From the NCBI GenBank assembly GCA_903951635.1, contig CAJBCV010000339.1, forward strand, positions 1-52,570: a stretch of DNA of 52,570 bases, written 5' to 3'. Both the position numbers and the translations under genes were made by a program. Positions 31,397 to 42,291 of the stretch are shown piece after piece. The first letter of the stretch is position 1, and each line of letters begins with the position of its first letter. Below the pieces are notes generated by a model, which worked only from the letters and a program-made list of their open reading frames with translations, ran no database searches and was not told the origin of the DNA. Source of the stretch: an uncultured Planctomycetaceae bacterium. Lineage in GTDB: Bacteria; Planctomycetota; Planctomycetia; Pirellulales; UBA1268.

Positions 31397-32500
31397 TCAA
31401 CGCTCGTAGATGGGGAGAAAGCGGAAGTTGACGGCCAGCGCGAGCAGCGAGAGCGACGTGCCGGCAAACTCACCACCATCCCCGCCGTTCCCCGCCCCCA
31501 CGATCCCCCCGTCAGGGCGACGCTGGGCCTTGATCTCGCGGATGAGTTGGCTGTTCCACTCCTTCCAGGCGTCGACGTCAGCCTGGAAGAGCGCCTGGGC
31601 GCGGTAATACCGGGTGTAGTTGGGATACCCCCCTTCATTCCCGCCGCCCAGACTGGACTGCTTGATCACTTCAGCCGCCTTGGAAAACTGCGGCATGTCT
31701 TTGCGGCGGGCGATCGCCATCACGAGCGTGCCGATCGAGGTCGTCGCGTCGCTTCCGCCACCGGGGCTCGCGTACCCGATTCGGCCATCGGAACCCGTCA
31801 TTGAGGCGAAGTAGTCCATGGCCCGATCGATCGTTTCGTCGGGGACCTCGATGCCGGCGTTCCTCGCCCCGAGCAGCCCCATGAGGATCGCGCCACTGAC
31901 GGAGGTGTCGTGGTCGGTGGCGTCGGGGGAATACCGCCACGCACCGACGGGATTCTTCTTGGCCGAGGTGACGGCAAGCCTGACGGCGAGTTCGAGCGAT
32001 TTCCCCGTCGACATCCCCGTGCCATCGCCCCCCTCCTCCGACCAGAGCCGGCGATCGTCGACGGTCCCGTAGGCCTCGGCCATCGCGAGCATCGCGAAGC
32101 CGTGGTGGTACATGCTCGCGTGCCCCATACCGGCATTCCCACCATAAAAGCCGGTACTCGGGTCCTGCGAACGGATGATGCTACGAAGGGCCCGGCGGAT
32201 GTTTGTGGCATAGGCGCCGTGGTTCGGATCCTCCCCAGAGGCCAGGAGGACCATCATCGCCATCCCGGTGACCCCGGGCCCTTCCTGGCTGTCCTTCCAG
32301 GTACCGGTAGGATCCTGGGTGCGGGCGAGATACCGGCAGCCGGCGTCGTAGATCTCCCGGACGTCGCGCGGCACCGGATCGCCACTACGGATCGACGGCG
32401 CCTGCGCCGCGGCTGCGACCGGCCAGGCCACGACCGTCCCGATCGCCACTCGGAGCGTGATGCTCCACACCCTGTTCAACATCCCCACGGATCGATTCAT
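31397..32500 (-). CDS. Exported prenyltransferase/squalene-oxidase repeat (alpha/alpha barrel) protein
   Basis: YLARTQDPTGTW, IRSQDPSTGF, SMYHHGFAMLAMAEAYG, GAWRY, DTSVSG, QRRPDGG repeats. Confidence 0.82.
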   Translation of the reverse strand: MNRSVGMLNRVWSITLRVAIGTVVAWPVAAAAQAPSIRSGDPVPRDVREIYDAGCRYLARTQDPTGTWKDSQEGPGVTGMAMMVLLASGEDPNHGAYATNIRRALRSIIRSQDPSTGFYGGNAGMGHASMYHHGFAMLAMAEAYGTVDDRRLWSEEGGDGTGMSTGKSLELAVRLAVTSAKKNPVGAWRYSPDATDHDTSVSGAILMGLLGARNAGIEVPDETIDRAMDYFASMTGSDGRIGYASPGGGSDATTSIGTLVMAIARRKDMPQFSKAAEVIKQSSLGGGNEGGYPNYTRYYRAQALFQADVDAWKEWNSQLIREIKAQRRPDGGIVGAGNGGDGGEFAGTSLSLLALAVNFRFLPIYER

Positions 32501-32504
32501 CCCC

Positions 32505-33392
32505 TCACTCCTCGATCAGTTTCATGGTGTTGATCTGGGGCTCCCACTGCTCCCCCTGCCTGACGATCGTGCTGACTTTCTCCCACTGGCGGGCGTCGAA
32601 GATCGCCTCGAGCCGGTCCTGATCGAGACGCGACATCGCATACCAGCAGAGAAACGGATTGTGGTCGCCGAACGATTCCCGGGCCTTCGCCATGTCGATC
32701 CGAGGTGGATCCTCCATGAGCAACGCCACGATCGCCTCGTGCTGCCGGTCGGTCATTCCGACAGAGCACTCGAGGTGCGAAAGCCCTCCGTCCAAGAACC
32801 GCCGCCATTGGGAGGCCGTTCGCAAGTCTGCTTCTGCCTTCCACGCGTCTCGCTGGCGGTCGTCGAGGACACGGCCGACGACCCTGCCGGGAAGATGCCG
32901 CGACCGGCCGGACCGGGAGGTGGCCCACTGGAGTTCGTTGAGTTCCCGATGGAATCGCTGCCATGTCTGTTGTCCCTCCCGCGTCTGGAAGTTGACGGTG
33001 CGGCCCGCATACCGACGCTGAAAAGCCTCGAAGAGTTGCATCGACTCGGCGGCTTCGAGGCGCGCGGCGAGGTTGAGCTTGTCGCGCTGGGCATCACTCA
33101 ACCCACAGGCTTCGTCGAGGCTGTCGATCTCCAATTCCAAGTGCGTCATCGCCCTCGTGCGCACCATCTCGACCCCGCCACCGTTCCCGTCCCCGAGCAT
33201 CTGCTGGATCTGCTGATCAAGCGCGATGGTCTGGAACTGGTTTTGTTGCTGCTGGGAGTCGTTCTCTACGCCGATCGTGTCGTCGCTCCCCAGGAGCGGT
33301 CGATCGGCAAGGAGGGCTCCCAGGAGCGCCACGACAACCAGCGCCGTGCGCCACGCTCCAGCCGGCGATATCACCGTCATCGAGGGCCTCAT
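32505..33392 (-). CDS. Hypothetical exported helical protein
   Basis: ATGA overlap with the upstream gene; hydrophobic N-terminus; CGLSDAQRDKL / GMTDRQHEAI motifs. Confidence 0.6.
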   Translation of the reverse strand: MRPSMTVISPAGAWRTALVVVALLGALLADRPLLGSDDTIGVENDSQQQQNQFQTIALDQQIQQMLGDGNGGGVEMVRTRAMTHLELEIDSLDEACGLSDAQRDKLNLAARLEAAESMQLFEAFQRRYAGRTVNFQTREGQQTWQRFHRELNELQWATSRSGRSRHLPGRVVGRVLDDRQRDAWKAEADLRTASQWRRFLDGGLSHLECSVGMTDRQHEAIVALLMEDPPRIDMAKARESFGDHNPFLCWYAMSRLDQDRLEAIFDARQWEKVSTIVRQGEQWEPQINTMKLIEE

Positions 33393-34429
33393 TCGAACCA
33401 CCATGGATCCCGCTCCGTTTGTTGGGAGAGGTTCGCGCGCCTGAAAAACTGTGATTGCAACATCCCCTGCCGATTCGACCGCATGATCTCCCGGCTCTGC
33501 TTTCCGTCGCCCAGCTTCGATTGCTGTGCCGGCGTGAGGTGGGGCAGGACTCGCTTGTACGGCAACCCGGGATAGATCTTGCGGCCATTGATCTCCATCT
33601 GGTGATCGAGGGCCATCGCCACGCCTTCGTCCCACTTCTCCGCGATCGCCGCCTCGATCGACTCCCGCTGCTTGGCGGAAAGGGACAGATCGTCATCGAG
33701 GATCCCGACGAGGCGGCGCACGGTGGCCGCCCGACGACGCTGCTCCCGCTTCGAAAGCTCGTCGAGAAAATCCTTTCCCGACGCTTCCCCGATCTGCTCG
33801 ATGAGGCTCGCGGCCACGGCGTCGCTGACGAGGTGACAGGGATCGACCGGCTTCTTTTTGGCTTCAGCTTTCTTTGCCCCTTCGGCACTCCTCCCGGGCT
33901 CCTCGGGCATCGGGAAACCGAAGGCCCTCCCGACGGCGTTGAGGAAACCGTCGTCCCCACCCTGCGGCGCGGGCACCGGCTGGGGGGTGCTCATCGCCTC
34001 ACTGAAGGCAATCGCCCCCTCCTTCACTCCCTTTTCCCCCGCCGCGACGATCGCCCGCCGTGCCTCGACGGGCAGATCGCCATGGAGCGTGCGGACGAGT
34101 TCGAGCTCGTCCTGAAGCACCCGCATCAGCATCGGCTCGTACTGCGCGGCCATCTGCTCGATCTGCTGCCGGGCCATCGCTTCCGGTGTCAGGGGCACTT
34201 CCTCGGCTGCCGGCACGGCCGGGGGTGGATCCTCGGGCGCGTCTGGCGCCGCCGTCTCGACCGGTGCAGCCTCGGCCTCGACGATGTCGACCTCGATCGC
34301 CACTTGCCCGTCGGCTCTGCCGCTCCCGACAGCGATCGCTGCGACCAAGCCCAGGAAGCGGAGCCAGACGCCCGCCGCTGCCGCCGCGTCACCCCGGCCA
34401 TCACCGACAGCTCGTGAATGACTTCTCAT
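33389..34429 (-). CDS. Hypothetical exported helical protein
   Basis: ATGA overlaps at both ends; signal-like segment; LSLSAKQRESI, HLTPAQQSKL motifs. Confidence 0.6.
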   Translation of the reverse strand: MRSHSRAVGDGRGDAAAAAGVWLRFLGLVAAIAVGSGRADGQVAIEVDIVEAEAAPVETAAPDAPEDPPPAVPAAEEVPLTPEAMARQQIEQMAAQYEPMLMRVLQDELELVRTLHGDLPVEARRAIVAAGEKGVKEGAIAFSEAMSTPQPVPAPQGGDDGFLNAVGRAFGFPMPEEPGRSAEGAKKAEAKKKPVDPCHLVSDAVAASLIEQIGEASGKDFLDELSKREQRRRAATVRRLVGILDDDLSLSAKQRESIEAAIAEKWDEGVAMALDHQMEINGRKIYPGLPYKRVLPHLTPAQQSKLGDGKQSREIMRSNRQGMLQSQFFRRANLSQQTERDPWWFE

Positions 34430-37400
34430 GGCGTCGATCCCGGCGATTGCCGGCTCCGTTCGAAGGCATTGAAATAGGCGTCGAGCCCATCGCGAAACTC
34501 CTCTGGCAACACCCGGCCGCTCTTTCCCACCGCCTGCTCCTCCTCCGGGGCTTCCAGTCGAGCGCGGGCATTGACGCCAGCCCCGAGTCGGGCAAGCGCC
34601 GAGTCGCTCGTCGAGCCGCTCCCACCCCCCCCGGGGGTATTCCCGCCGCCGCCACCACCGCCTCCACCGCCGCCGAACTGCGACTGGAGGAGAAGCTCGA
34701 TCGCCTCGGTCTCGGCGGCGATCGCCCGGCGGCCGGTGTCGGGGCTCGCGAGGATTCCCGCCGCCTCGTCCATCACCCCTTCGACCGCCTGAAAGAGGCG
34801 GATCTCCCGGGCAAACCGCGGCGGCTTGTCGGCCGCCGGCAGCAGTTCCCGCTCCATCCGCTCGATCGCTTCGTCAAACCGCACCGGGCCATCGGGCATG
34901 TCAGCGAGCTTGTCGATCATCGCACCGACGCGGCGGGCGAGCGCTGCTTGCGTCTCTGCGAGGCCGCCGGCGCGGGTCTTGAACGCGTCGGCGTCGAGGG
35001 CGGCGCGGCGCTGCTCGGCGACACGGGTCTCCTCGCGGAGATTCGTCTCCGCCTCGAGAATCTGCATCGCCTCGAGGACAATCTCCGGCGGCAGGTTCTC
35101 CGCCGGTGGGCTCTGCCCCTGGCTCCCCTGGGAATCCTTCGGTGGGGGAACGAGTTCGTCAGCCCAGCGGTCGAAGGTGTCCGACCAGAACTCCGATCGA
35201 GCAATCGACAGGCCGGTCTCCTTCGGAATCTCGGAGGAGAGTTGCCGCAGGCTGCCGAGGACGTCGAGTTCCTTCATCTCTTCGATGACCGTGCGGATCG
35301 CCGGCTGCGGACGACGCTCGGCATAGGCATCGAGGTCGTCCATGAGCACCGACATCCGCTCCCCCACCTGATCGTTGCCCCGAGTCGCCATCTCGACCTT
35401 CTTCACCACCGTCTCGTCCTTCGTCAGACCGCGGCGACGGCCGAAGGCGCCGGAGACGACGGCCGACAGCCCCTGGCCGACCTTCAACTCGTTCCGCGAG
35501 GCCGCCTTGAGCCGCTTCACGAACGTCGTCCCCTCGAGCCGGGCCATGACGTCGGCGAGTTGCCGGGCGATGGCGGCGAAGTCAGCGATGAGCTGCCGCT
35601 GCTTCTCGACCGCTGCCGCCAGCAGCGGCTGTTGGGGAGCCTTCCCCCTCTGCCCCTTCCCGCCAGGGAAAGAGCCGACGGTCGTTGTCGGCAGACCGAG
35701 CGTGCCCTCCCCTCCGCCGCCAGCAGGGGAATCGTTGGGCGCCTCCTCGCGCTCCCGAGGCGCCGAGCCCTCGCCATCGACGACCTGTGGCGCCGGGGGA
35801 AGCGCCGACGGATCCTGCGCCTTCCCCGGCGCCGGCTTTCCTTCTTGGCCACGATCCTCACCGACTCGCTGCGGTGGAACCTGATCCTGGGGGCTTGCCT
35901 CTCCCTGCGCTTCGCCAGGCTTGCCCGGCGTCCCCGGCTGGGAGGGGCGATCGCTTTCCTGGCCGGCGGCGCTCCCCTGACCGGCCGCATTCCCCTTCGG
36001 GGCATCCGCCGCGGCCTGAAGCAATTCGCCGACGCCCGGCATCCGCGCGGCAGCCATCTCCTCCATCGCCTTCACATGCCCGGCAAGCTCCTCGAGCGTG
36101 CCGGCCTCGAACTCGGGGTTGCGCATCGCTTCACGAACCAGCGCCCCCCCCGCCTCGGCCAAGCGCCCCAGGCGGCGGCCGTTGTTCCGCTCCGCGGCGG
36201 CCTGCTCGCGGATCGCCTTGCGGCTCTCCGGGGCGTCGAGCTCCTCGGCCGACATCGCTTCGAGCTGTTCGTTGCGGGCGAGCAGTTCCAGTTCCCGGTC
36301 GCGGATCTCGGCTGCCTGCTGCCGCCAGCGGCCGATCTGTTCGTTGATCCAGAGGGCATGGTCGGCCGAGTTCATGACGACGAACGTCGACGGTGCCGAA
36401 CGGATCCGCTCCCGCCCGGGGAAATAATCCTCCACGAAGGCGCGCACCTGGATTGTCTGCGGCGCGATGCCGAGGTTCGCCGGCGCGAACGTTCCCACGG
36501 CCTCGAGGGCGTCGGCCTCGGGTGCCCCGCTCGCGAGGATCTGTTCGCCGCGGGAGCCTCCCTCGTCGCTTCCCACCCACTCGAGCCCCACCTGCTTGAC
36601 GCCGAAATCGTCGCGCGACTGGAGCGTGAAACGAACCGTCTCCGAGTCGAGGAGCACCCCCTTGCCGCCGAGGCCGTCGACCGTGATCGTCGGCGGCTCG
36701 TCGTCACGGGCCACGAGGCTCACCGTGAGCGGCTTGCCCCCGGAGAGGCCGAGCCGATCCTCCCAGGCAAAGGCGAGATCGACCGGCTCCTCGACGAGCC
36801 TCTCCGGGGCAACGATCGTCGCCGACTCCGGGCGAACGTCGCTGCCGTCGATCGAAGCGCTGGCCAATTCCCGGTTGGCCGTTGCCGTCACCGCCACGCG
36901 GCTCCCCTTGACCACCGACAAGCCGCCGCCGCGCAGCCCCTGCGTGATCGGCGCCTCGATGCCGAGATAGTCGGGAAGATGGACGATCGCCGATAGCGCG
37001 GTGATTTCCGGCCGGAAGGTGGGCTGAAGCGTCACCTTCTGGCGGGCATCCCCCACCGCCAGTCGCAAGCTCGCCGGACTCACCTGGGGGGCAAGAGCGA
37101 GCGCGTAGGCCTCCCCGTCACGCTCGGCCGAAACGACCCCGCCGCCACCGATCCGGGCCTTGGCCCGCGCCGGTCGCCACGCCGTGGCCCCATCGAGGCG
37201 GACGACGAGCTCGGCCGGCTCGCCATGGGGAATGACGACGGTTTCCGGAAGCCGGTCGATCCGCGCGAAGGTGTAGCGCTCCACGAGCCGCCACGGGGCG
37301 AGAAACCGCTGCCAGGCGTTGGCCGCGGCGGCAGGCACGACGAGCCCGAGCACGCCAGCGCACACCAGCGGCACGGAAACCAGCGCCAGCCAGAGCCGGT

Positions 37401-37896
37401 GCCTCGGCCGCGGAAGGGCTGCCCGCAGGTCGTGGCGGCCCGCCACCTCGGCCACCTGGCCGATCGCCGCCTCGCACAGCACCCGCGAGCGCGCCTGCTC
37501 GCCGGTATTACCGACGAGCTCGACGACCCCGAGGAGTTGATCGCCGAGCGACGGGAAACGGCGGGCGATGAGCCGCGCCAGCTGGTCGAGCCCGCGCGTT
37601 CCCCAGATCCAGCGATAAAACGCCACCGGGAAAATGCCGCAGGCGGCGATCGCACCGGCATACAGTCCAAAGCGAGCAAGGACCGACGTGTCGGTAAGCC
37701 GATCGAAGAGGAAAAGCGCGAGCCAGGCGACGAGGACACCGAAGAGGGCGATGCAGTTCGCCTCGATCCCCTTCACTCTCCGCACGGTGGCACGGAAATC
37801 GTCGAGTTGCCGCCGCAGCGCCACTGGGAGCGCAAGGGGGGCCGCGGCTCTTGGAGCGGTCGGCTGCGGATCGGTCTTTTGACGCTCAGCACTCAC
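34426..37896 (-). CDS. Large membrane-anchored Ig-like + coiled-coil protein (DUF4175-like architecture)
   Basis: Three N-terminal TM helices, DQLLGVVEL, DEPPTI..SRDDFGV, long helical C-terminus, Gly tract, terminal LPEEFRDGLDAYF. Confidence 0.7.
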   Translation of the reverse strand: MSAERQKTDPQPTAPRAAAPLALPVALRRQLDDFRATVRRVKGIEANCIALFGVLVAWLALFLFDRLTDTSVLARFGLYAGAIAACGIFPVAFYRWIWGTRGLDQLARLIARRFPSLGDQLLGVVELVGNTGEQARSRVLCEAAIGQVAEVAGRHDLRAALPRPRHRLWLALVSVPLVCAGVLGLVVPAAAANAWQRFLAPWRLVERYTFARIDRLPETVVIPHGEPAELVVRLDGATAWRPARAKARIGGGGVVSAERDGEAYALALAPQVSPASLRLAVGDARQKVTLQPTFRPEITALSAIVHLPDYLGIEAPITQGLRGGGLSVVKGSRVAVTATANRELASASIDGSDVRPESATIVAPERLVEEPVDLAFAWEDRLGLSGGKPLTVSLVARDDEPPTITVDGLGGKGVLLDSETVRFTLQSRDDFGVKQVGLEWVGSDEGGSRGEQILASGAPEADALEAVGTFAPANLGIAPQTIQVRAFVEDYFPGRERIRSAPSTFVVMNSADHALWINEQIGRWRQQAAEIRDRELELLARNEQLEAMSAEELDAPESRKAIREQAAAERNNGRRLGRLAEAGGALVREAMRNPEFEAGTLEELAGHVKAMEEMAAARMPGVGELLQAAADAPKGNAAGQGSAAGQESDRPSQPGTPGKPGEAQGEASPQDQVPPQRVGEDRGQEGKPAPGKAQDPSALPPAPQVVDGEGSAPREREEAPNDSPAGGGGEGTLGLPTTTVGSFPGGKGQRGKAPQQPLLAAAVEKQRQLIADFAAIARQLADVMARLEGTTFVKRLKAASRNELKVGQGLSAVVSGAFGRRRGLTKDETVVKKVEMATRGNDQVGERMSVLMDDLDAYAERRPQPAIRTVIEEMKELDVLGSLRQLSSEIPKETGLSIARSEFWSDTFDRWADELVPPPKDSQGSQGQSPPAENLPPEIVLEAMQILEAETNLREETRVAEQRRAALDADAFKTRAGGLAETQAALARRVGAMIDKLADMPDGPVRFDEAIERMERELLPAADKPPRFAREIRLFQAVEGVMDEAAGILASPDTGRRAIAAETEAIELLLQSQFGGGGGGGGGGGNTPGGGGSGSTSDSALARLGAGVNARARLEAPEEEQAVGKSGRVLPEEFRDGLDAYFNAFERSRQSPGSTP

Positions 37897-37990
37897 GCGC
37901 TGTCCCCCGCTCGAGAGTCCACGTTCTTCATCGTACCGTTCTCCCCCGGCACCAGCCCTGTCGAGGGCCGTTGATCGCCCGATCTGCCCG

Positions 37991-40246
37991 CTACACGAGC
38001 CCTTGCCACTTTCGTCCCACCCAAAAGAGCCCGAGCAGCCCGACGAGCGTGGCGAGGGTGAGCGGATGGGCCCAGAGCCGCTCCCGGCGGAGATCGGGGG
38101 GATTCTCGGGAAGCTTGCCGAGCGTCAGGAGGAGTTCGGCCAGATCGGCGGGGGTGGTCACCGAGCCCTCGGTGAGCCGGGCGAGCTCCTCGAGCACCTC
38201 CGGCCGGGCCCGCGCACCGATCTCCTCGCCCGCGGCCCCCTGGACAAATACCGCCGCCTCGAGCCGGTCGCCGGTCTCAGCGCACGCCAAGACCACGCCA
38301 TGGCTCCCCGGCTCGCGCGGCGTCCAGCTCCCCGAGAACACGCCCCACGCACCCTGCTCCCCCGGCGCCGCCAAGCGGATCGTCTCGGTGGCCCCGGAGG
38401 GGGCCGTGACCGTCACCGTGACGGTTCCCGATTGGAGTGGCTCGCCGACCGCGTCGCCGACATTGGCATCGATCGCCACGACCTGCCCGGTCTGGGGCTG
38501 CTCGGGCGTGTAGAGGAGCCGCATCCGCTCCCCCTTGGCCATCGAGCGCCGGTAGGCCATCCAGCGCACCACCTGCCCCCAAAAGCGGTAGTGGTATTTG
38601 TCCTCGACCCCTTTCCGCCACCGCCACGCGCCATCCGTCGCCATGAACAGCACCTTTCCCGCCCCGAACGATCGAGTGACGAGGAGCGGGATCCGCCCCG
38701 ACGCGTTGGCGACGTCGTCGTGGACGGCGAGGACCTCGCTGCCGGCCTTGGCCCTGGCGACGGGCCCATACCACTGAAAGCCGGGGAGCGACTCCCACAC
38801 CGTCGCGTTCTCCTCGGCGCTGTCGGCGAGGCGCGTGAGCAGGCTCGAGCGTCCTTTGTCGGTGAGCGCGAATCGCCCCGGCGTCGTCGTGCCGGTCCCT
38901 TCCGGGCGGTCCTGGTCGAGAACGACCGGAAGGAGATCACCGAGCGCTGTCTCCTCGAGCGACATCTCGTGCCCCAGCCAGCCGGGCATGAAGACGAGCC
39001 CCGCGGCCTGGTATTCGACAAGCTCCTTGAGCAGCCGGCAATCGTCGTCGGTGAGCTGCCCGGCGTCGATCCCGACGTCGCCGAGAAACACGACGTCGAA
39101 CGTCGACAGCTCCTCGATCGATCCGGGAAACTTCTTGATCGCGTCCTTCGAGCCGCCACCGACCTGCGAGAGCCCGGGCTGGAAGAGGAGGCAGGCCAGC
39201 TCGACGCCGGGGTCGCGGGAGAGGGCGTTGCGAAGGTAGCGGTATTCCCACCGCGGCACGCTCTCGACGATGAGGACACGGAGCTTCTCCTCGCGGATCG
39301 CCACCGGCACCGAGCGCGCGTTGTTGTCGGGAAGGAGTTCGCCGGCCTGCGGCGGGACACGGACGGTGAGCGTGTAATCGCCGACGGTGGCCGGGGTCCA
39401 GAGGATGGCGTCGGTCGTCTGCGCCATCGACGCGAGGCGCACTTCCTTCGTGAATCGTTGGCCGTCGGAGGCCTCGACCTCGACGCTCACCATCTGCTCC
39501 CGCGGCAGCGAGCTGCGGATCGTGAACGGCACCCGGAACGGCTTGGCGACGACGCCAGTGACGGCGCTGTCGACGCCCGACACCGCGACGTCGGGAAGCG
39601 GGATGAGGCTTCCGGCCGGGACGGCGAACACCGGCACCCCGGCGAGGCGCAGGCCCGCCGCCGCCTGAACCGGCGGCTTCCCCTCGTTCCAGTCGCCGTC
39701 GGAGGCGATCACCACCCCGCGCAGATTCGGATGACGCTGCACCGCCGACTCGAGCGGATCGAAGAGATTCGTCCCGGAAGACGGCGCATTTCCACCGGCG
39801 GCGCGGATGCTCGAGAAGGGCTCGATGGCGATGGCATACCGCTTTGCGAGTGGACCCCAGAAGCTCGGCTCGGAGAGCGCCGCCACCGCCTCGCGCCGCG
39901 ACAGCGCTGCGGGCCCCTCCCCGCCGTCGCCGGAGACACCCCGGCGGACGTCGACGGTCTCCATGCTCCGCGAATCGTCGACGAGGACCGCGATCGTCGG
40001 CTTGTCGACGGGGCGTCGCTCGGTCACCCACTCCGGCTGATTGAGGAGGATCGCGACGAGCAGCGCGACAAGCAGGCGTAGCCCCTCGAGGAGCCCGAAG
40101 CCCGGCTTGAATCCACTCCGCCACCAGCCGAGCACGCCGACTGTCGCCACGAGGAGCACCAGCACGATCGACACCCCGAGCACCCAGGGGCTCGATTGGA
40201 AGCGGAGGCCGTGCGCGAGCGTGATCACTTCGGCGGGCGTCGTCAC
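37991..40246 (-). CDS. Membrane protein with vWA domain and glutamine-amidotransferase-like domain
   Basis: VDDSRSM (MIDAS DxSxS), ASDG, PRWEYRYLRNALSRD, FDVVFLGDV, AWRWR..YRFWGQVVRWM; GTGA overlap with the upstream gene. Confidence 0.8.
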   Translation of the reverse strand: MTTPAEVITLAHGLRFQSSPWVLGVSIVLVLLVATVGVLGWWRSGFKPGFGLLEGLRLLVALLVAILLNQPEWVTERRPVDKPTIAVLVDDSRSMETVDVRRGVSGDGGEGPAALSRREAVAALSEPSFWGPLAKRYAIAIEPFSSIRAAGGNAPSSGTNLFDPLESAVQRHPNLRGVVIASDGDWNEGKPPVQAAAGLRLAGVPVFAVPAGSLIPLPDVAVSGVDSAVTGVVAKPFRVPFTIRSSLPREQMVSVEVEASDGQRFTKEVRLASMAQTTDAILWTPATVGDYTLTVRVPPQAGELLPDNNARSVPVAIREEKLRVLIVESVPRWEYRYLRNALSRDPGVELACLLFQPGLSQVGGGSKDAIKKFPGSIEELSTFDVVFLGDVGIDAGQLTDDDCRLLKELVEYQAAGLVFMPGWLGHEMSLEETALGDLLPVVLDQDRPEGTGTTTPGRFALTDKGRSSLLTRLADSAEENATVWESLPGFQWYGPVARAKAGSEVLAVHDDVANASGRIPLLVTRSFGAGKVLFMATDGAWRWRKGVEDKYHYRFWGQVVRWMAYRRSMAKGERMRLLYTPEQPQTGQVVAIDANVGDAVGEPLQSGTVTVTVTAPSGATETIRLAAPGEQGAWGVFSGSWTPREPGSHGVVLACAETGDRLEAAVFVQGAAGEEIGARARPEVLEELARLTEGSVTTPADLAELLLTLGKLPENPPDLRRERLWAHPLTLATLVGLLGLFWVGRKWQGLV

Positions 40247-42291
40247 GGAATCGCCTCCCGGGCCGCGCGGGCCCCCACGACCATGGGCCGATGGGGGAGC
40301 GAGAGCAGCCCCTCGGCCGCAAGCGCGAGCAACAGCGCCATCAGGCAGGGGCGCCACACCTCCTCGACGAGACTGCCGAGCCCGCCGGCCTGCTGCTCGA
40401 AGCGGCTCCACGAGAGCCCCTGGAAGAGCGCATCGACCTGATCGCCGGCGAGGACAGGGCTACAGTCCTCGCGCGGCGGCCGGTTGATCGCCACGAGGCG
40501 GCCGCGCGAGGCGAGGACGCCGGCGTGGAATCCCGACTCGGTCGACGGGCTCGGGGGGCCGGCGATTTGCCGCCAACCCTCGTTCAGAGGAGTTTCCCTG
40601 GCTCCAGGGCCAGCGAACTCTCCAGCGTCGGCCATCCGCGCCGGCCCGACGGCGGCGAGCCCGTCGTCGATCGCCCGTTGGAGAAGGCAGTAGAGAACGA
40701 TGCCGTTGGTGGCGAGATCGGAGTCGCGCGGAGACGGCGTGGTGGCGAGGAAGGCGACGGCGCCCCGATCGCGGGGGGCGCGGCGGAGGAGCGGGAGGTC
40801 TTCCGGCAGCGTCGCCAGATCGGTTCCGGGCCCCGTGACCGCGCACACCCGGCGAATCTCGAGCTCTCCGACCGGGAGTGCCGCTCCGGTGAGCGTGCCG
40901 GCAAGCCAGCCCTCGTCGCTGCGCCACGATGCCGGCCGCAACGGCGGGCTGTGCTCGCTCCAAGCCCCCCAGCCGACTCCGGCAAACGACGCCGCGTTCG
41001 GCGACTCCGGCGGGAGAAACACCACGTCACCCCCCCGATCGACAAACCGCTCGACGATCGCCAGAGTTTCTCCTTCGGGGATCGGCGCCTGCCAGAGGAG
41101 CAGGGCTGCTTCATCCAGCGCCATCCCGGCCGCCTCCGCCGGCGCGACGACATCGACCGCGGCGGTGAGGAGCTTGTCGGGGGGAATCCCGACGACCAGT
41201 TCAAGCGCGTCGCGTGCCCGGGGATCCTCGGCAACGATCACGGTCCGCCGCGTCGGCGCCTTCCCGAACGTGAAATAGGCTTCGTTGTCGGCCGGGTTGA
41301 CGTCGGCAGGGATCGTCACCCGCCCCCAGCCGCTCGCCCGGGCCAGATCGCTCGGCTCCCCGTCGCCGGAAGCGAGCGCTGCCGGATCGACCGGGATCGC
41401 ATGCCTCGAGAGGACCGCCTCGGTGCCGGCAAGCTCGATCTCGATCGTCGACCGAGCTCCGCCGAGCTCGACGGTCACCGGAACGCGCACCGGGCCCTGA
41501 TCGCGCTGCCGGCGCAGGGCCAGGTCGAGGAGGAGCTCCCATCCCTTGCCGCGGGGCTCGAGCGTCGCCTTCGTGACGCGGACGGCGAGGTTGTCCTCCC
41601 CGGGGTCGGTGGCCGCGAGGAGATTCACGCGCACCCCCTGGGGAATCGCCGCAATCTCCGCGCGGATCGCCGGCCAAGCGCCGTCCGCCGGCTTCCAATC
41701 GTTGACGCGCTCGTCGGAGCAGATCCAGATCGAGCCGGCCGCTGCGGTGTCGGCCCGAAGCTGGGCGCAGGCCGCCTGGAGCATCTTCGGCAGATCGGCC
41801 GGGGCGGCGGTGGGCTCCGTCTCGGGGAGCGCCGCAAGGGCCCGGGGACTGGCCAACTCCAAGGGGGATCCGGTCACGCTGTCGATGAGAATCACCCGCT
41901 TCGTGCCGAGGGTCTCCAGCGCCGAGACGACCTGCCGCCGGGCCGTGGCGAGCTTCGATTCACCACCGGCGACGGCGGCTTGGGTCATACTCGGCGAGCG
42001 GTCGAGGAGGACGATCGCTGCGGCCTCATCGCCGCCGAGGCTCGCCAGCCATCCGCGCGACAGCGGCCGGCTCACCGCGAACACCGCCGCCGCCACGGCG
42101 AGCATGCGGAGGGCGAGGATCAGCCATTGCCGCAGCCGACTGTAGCCGCGAGAGAGGGCCTTGGCGGCAAGGAGGAAGCGCATCGCCGCCCACTCCACCG
42201 ACTGGAAGCGCCACTGATTGACGAGGTGGATGATCACCGGCAGCGCCACGATCGGCAGCGCCAGGAGGAGCCACGGCTGAAGGAACGTCAT
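40243..42291 (-). CDS. BatA (N-terminal double-TM) + vWA domain protein
   Basis: MTFLQPWLLLALPIVALPVIIHLVN..VEWAAMRFL; LLDRSPSM; C-terminal TM. Confidence 0.85.
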   Translation of the reverse strand: MTFLQPWLLLALPIVALPVIIHLVNQWRFQSVEWAAMRFLLAAKALSRGYSRLRQWLILALRMLAVAAAVFAVSRPLSRGWLASLGGDEAAAIVLLDRSPSMTQAAVAGGESKLATARRQVVSALETLGTKRVILIDSVTGSPLELASPRALAALPETEPTAAPADLPKMLQAACAQLRADTAAAGSIWICSDERVNDWKPADGAWPAIRAEIAAIPQGVRVNLLAATDPGEDNLAVRVTKATLEPRGKGWELLLDLALRRQRDQGPVRVPVTVELGGARSTIEIELAGTEAVLSRHAIPVDPAALASGDGEPSDLARASGWGRVTIPADVNPADNEAYFTFGKAPTRRTVIVAEDPRARDALELVVGIPPDKLLTAAVDVVAPAEAAGMALDEAALLLWQAPIPEGETLAIVERFVDRGGDVVFLPPESPNAASFAGVGWGAWSEHSPPLRPASWRSDEGWLAGTLTGAALPVGELEIRRVCAVTGPGTDLATLPEDLPLLRRAPRDRGAVAFLATTPSPRDSDLATNGIVLYCLLQRAIDDGLAAVGPARMADAGEFAGPGARETPLNEGWRQIAGPPSPSTESGFHAGVLASRGRLVAINRPPREDCSPVLAGDQVDALFQGLSWSRFEQQAGGLGSLVEEVWRPCLMALLLALAAEGLLSLPHRPMVVGARAAREAIP

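Noticed and set aside
31397-32500. Squalene-hopene cyclase / hopanoid cluster
   Set aside because: Only 367 aa, has a signal peptide, lacks DxDD, and no hpn genes are nearby.
34060-36996. 978-aa plus-strand ORF (and similar long antisense ORFs at 9860-11539, 12075-13829, 16295-18292, 23973-25817, 25948-27852, 38003-40081, 40291-42369, 42369-44231)
   Set aside because: Antisense shadows of well-supported genes, expected in high-GC DNA; no motifs of their own.
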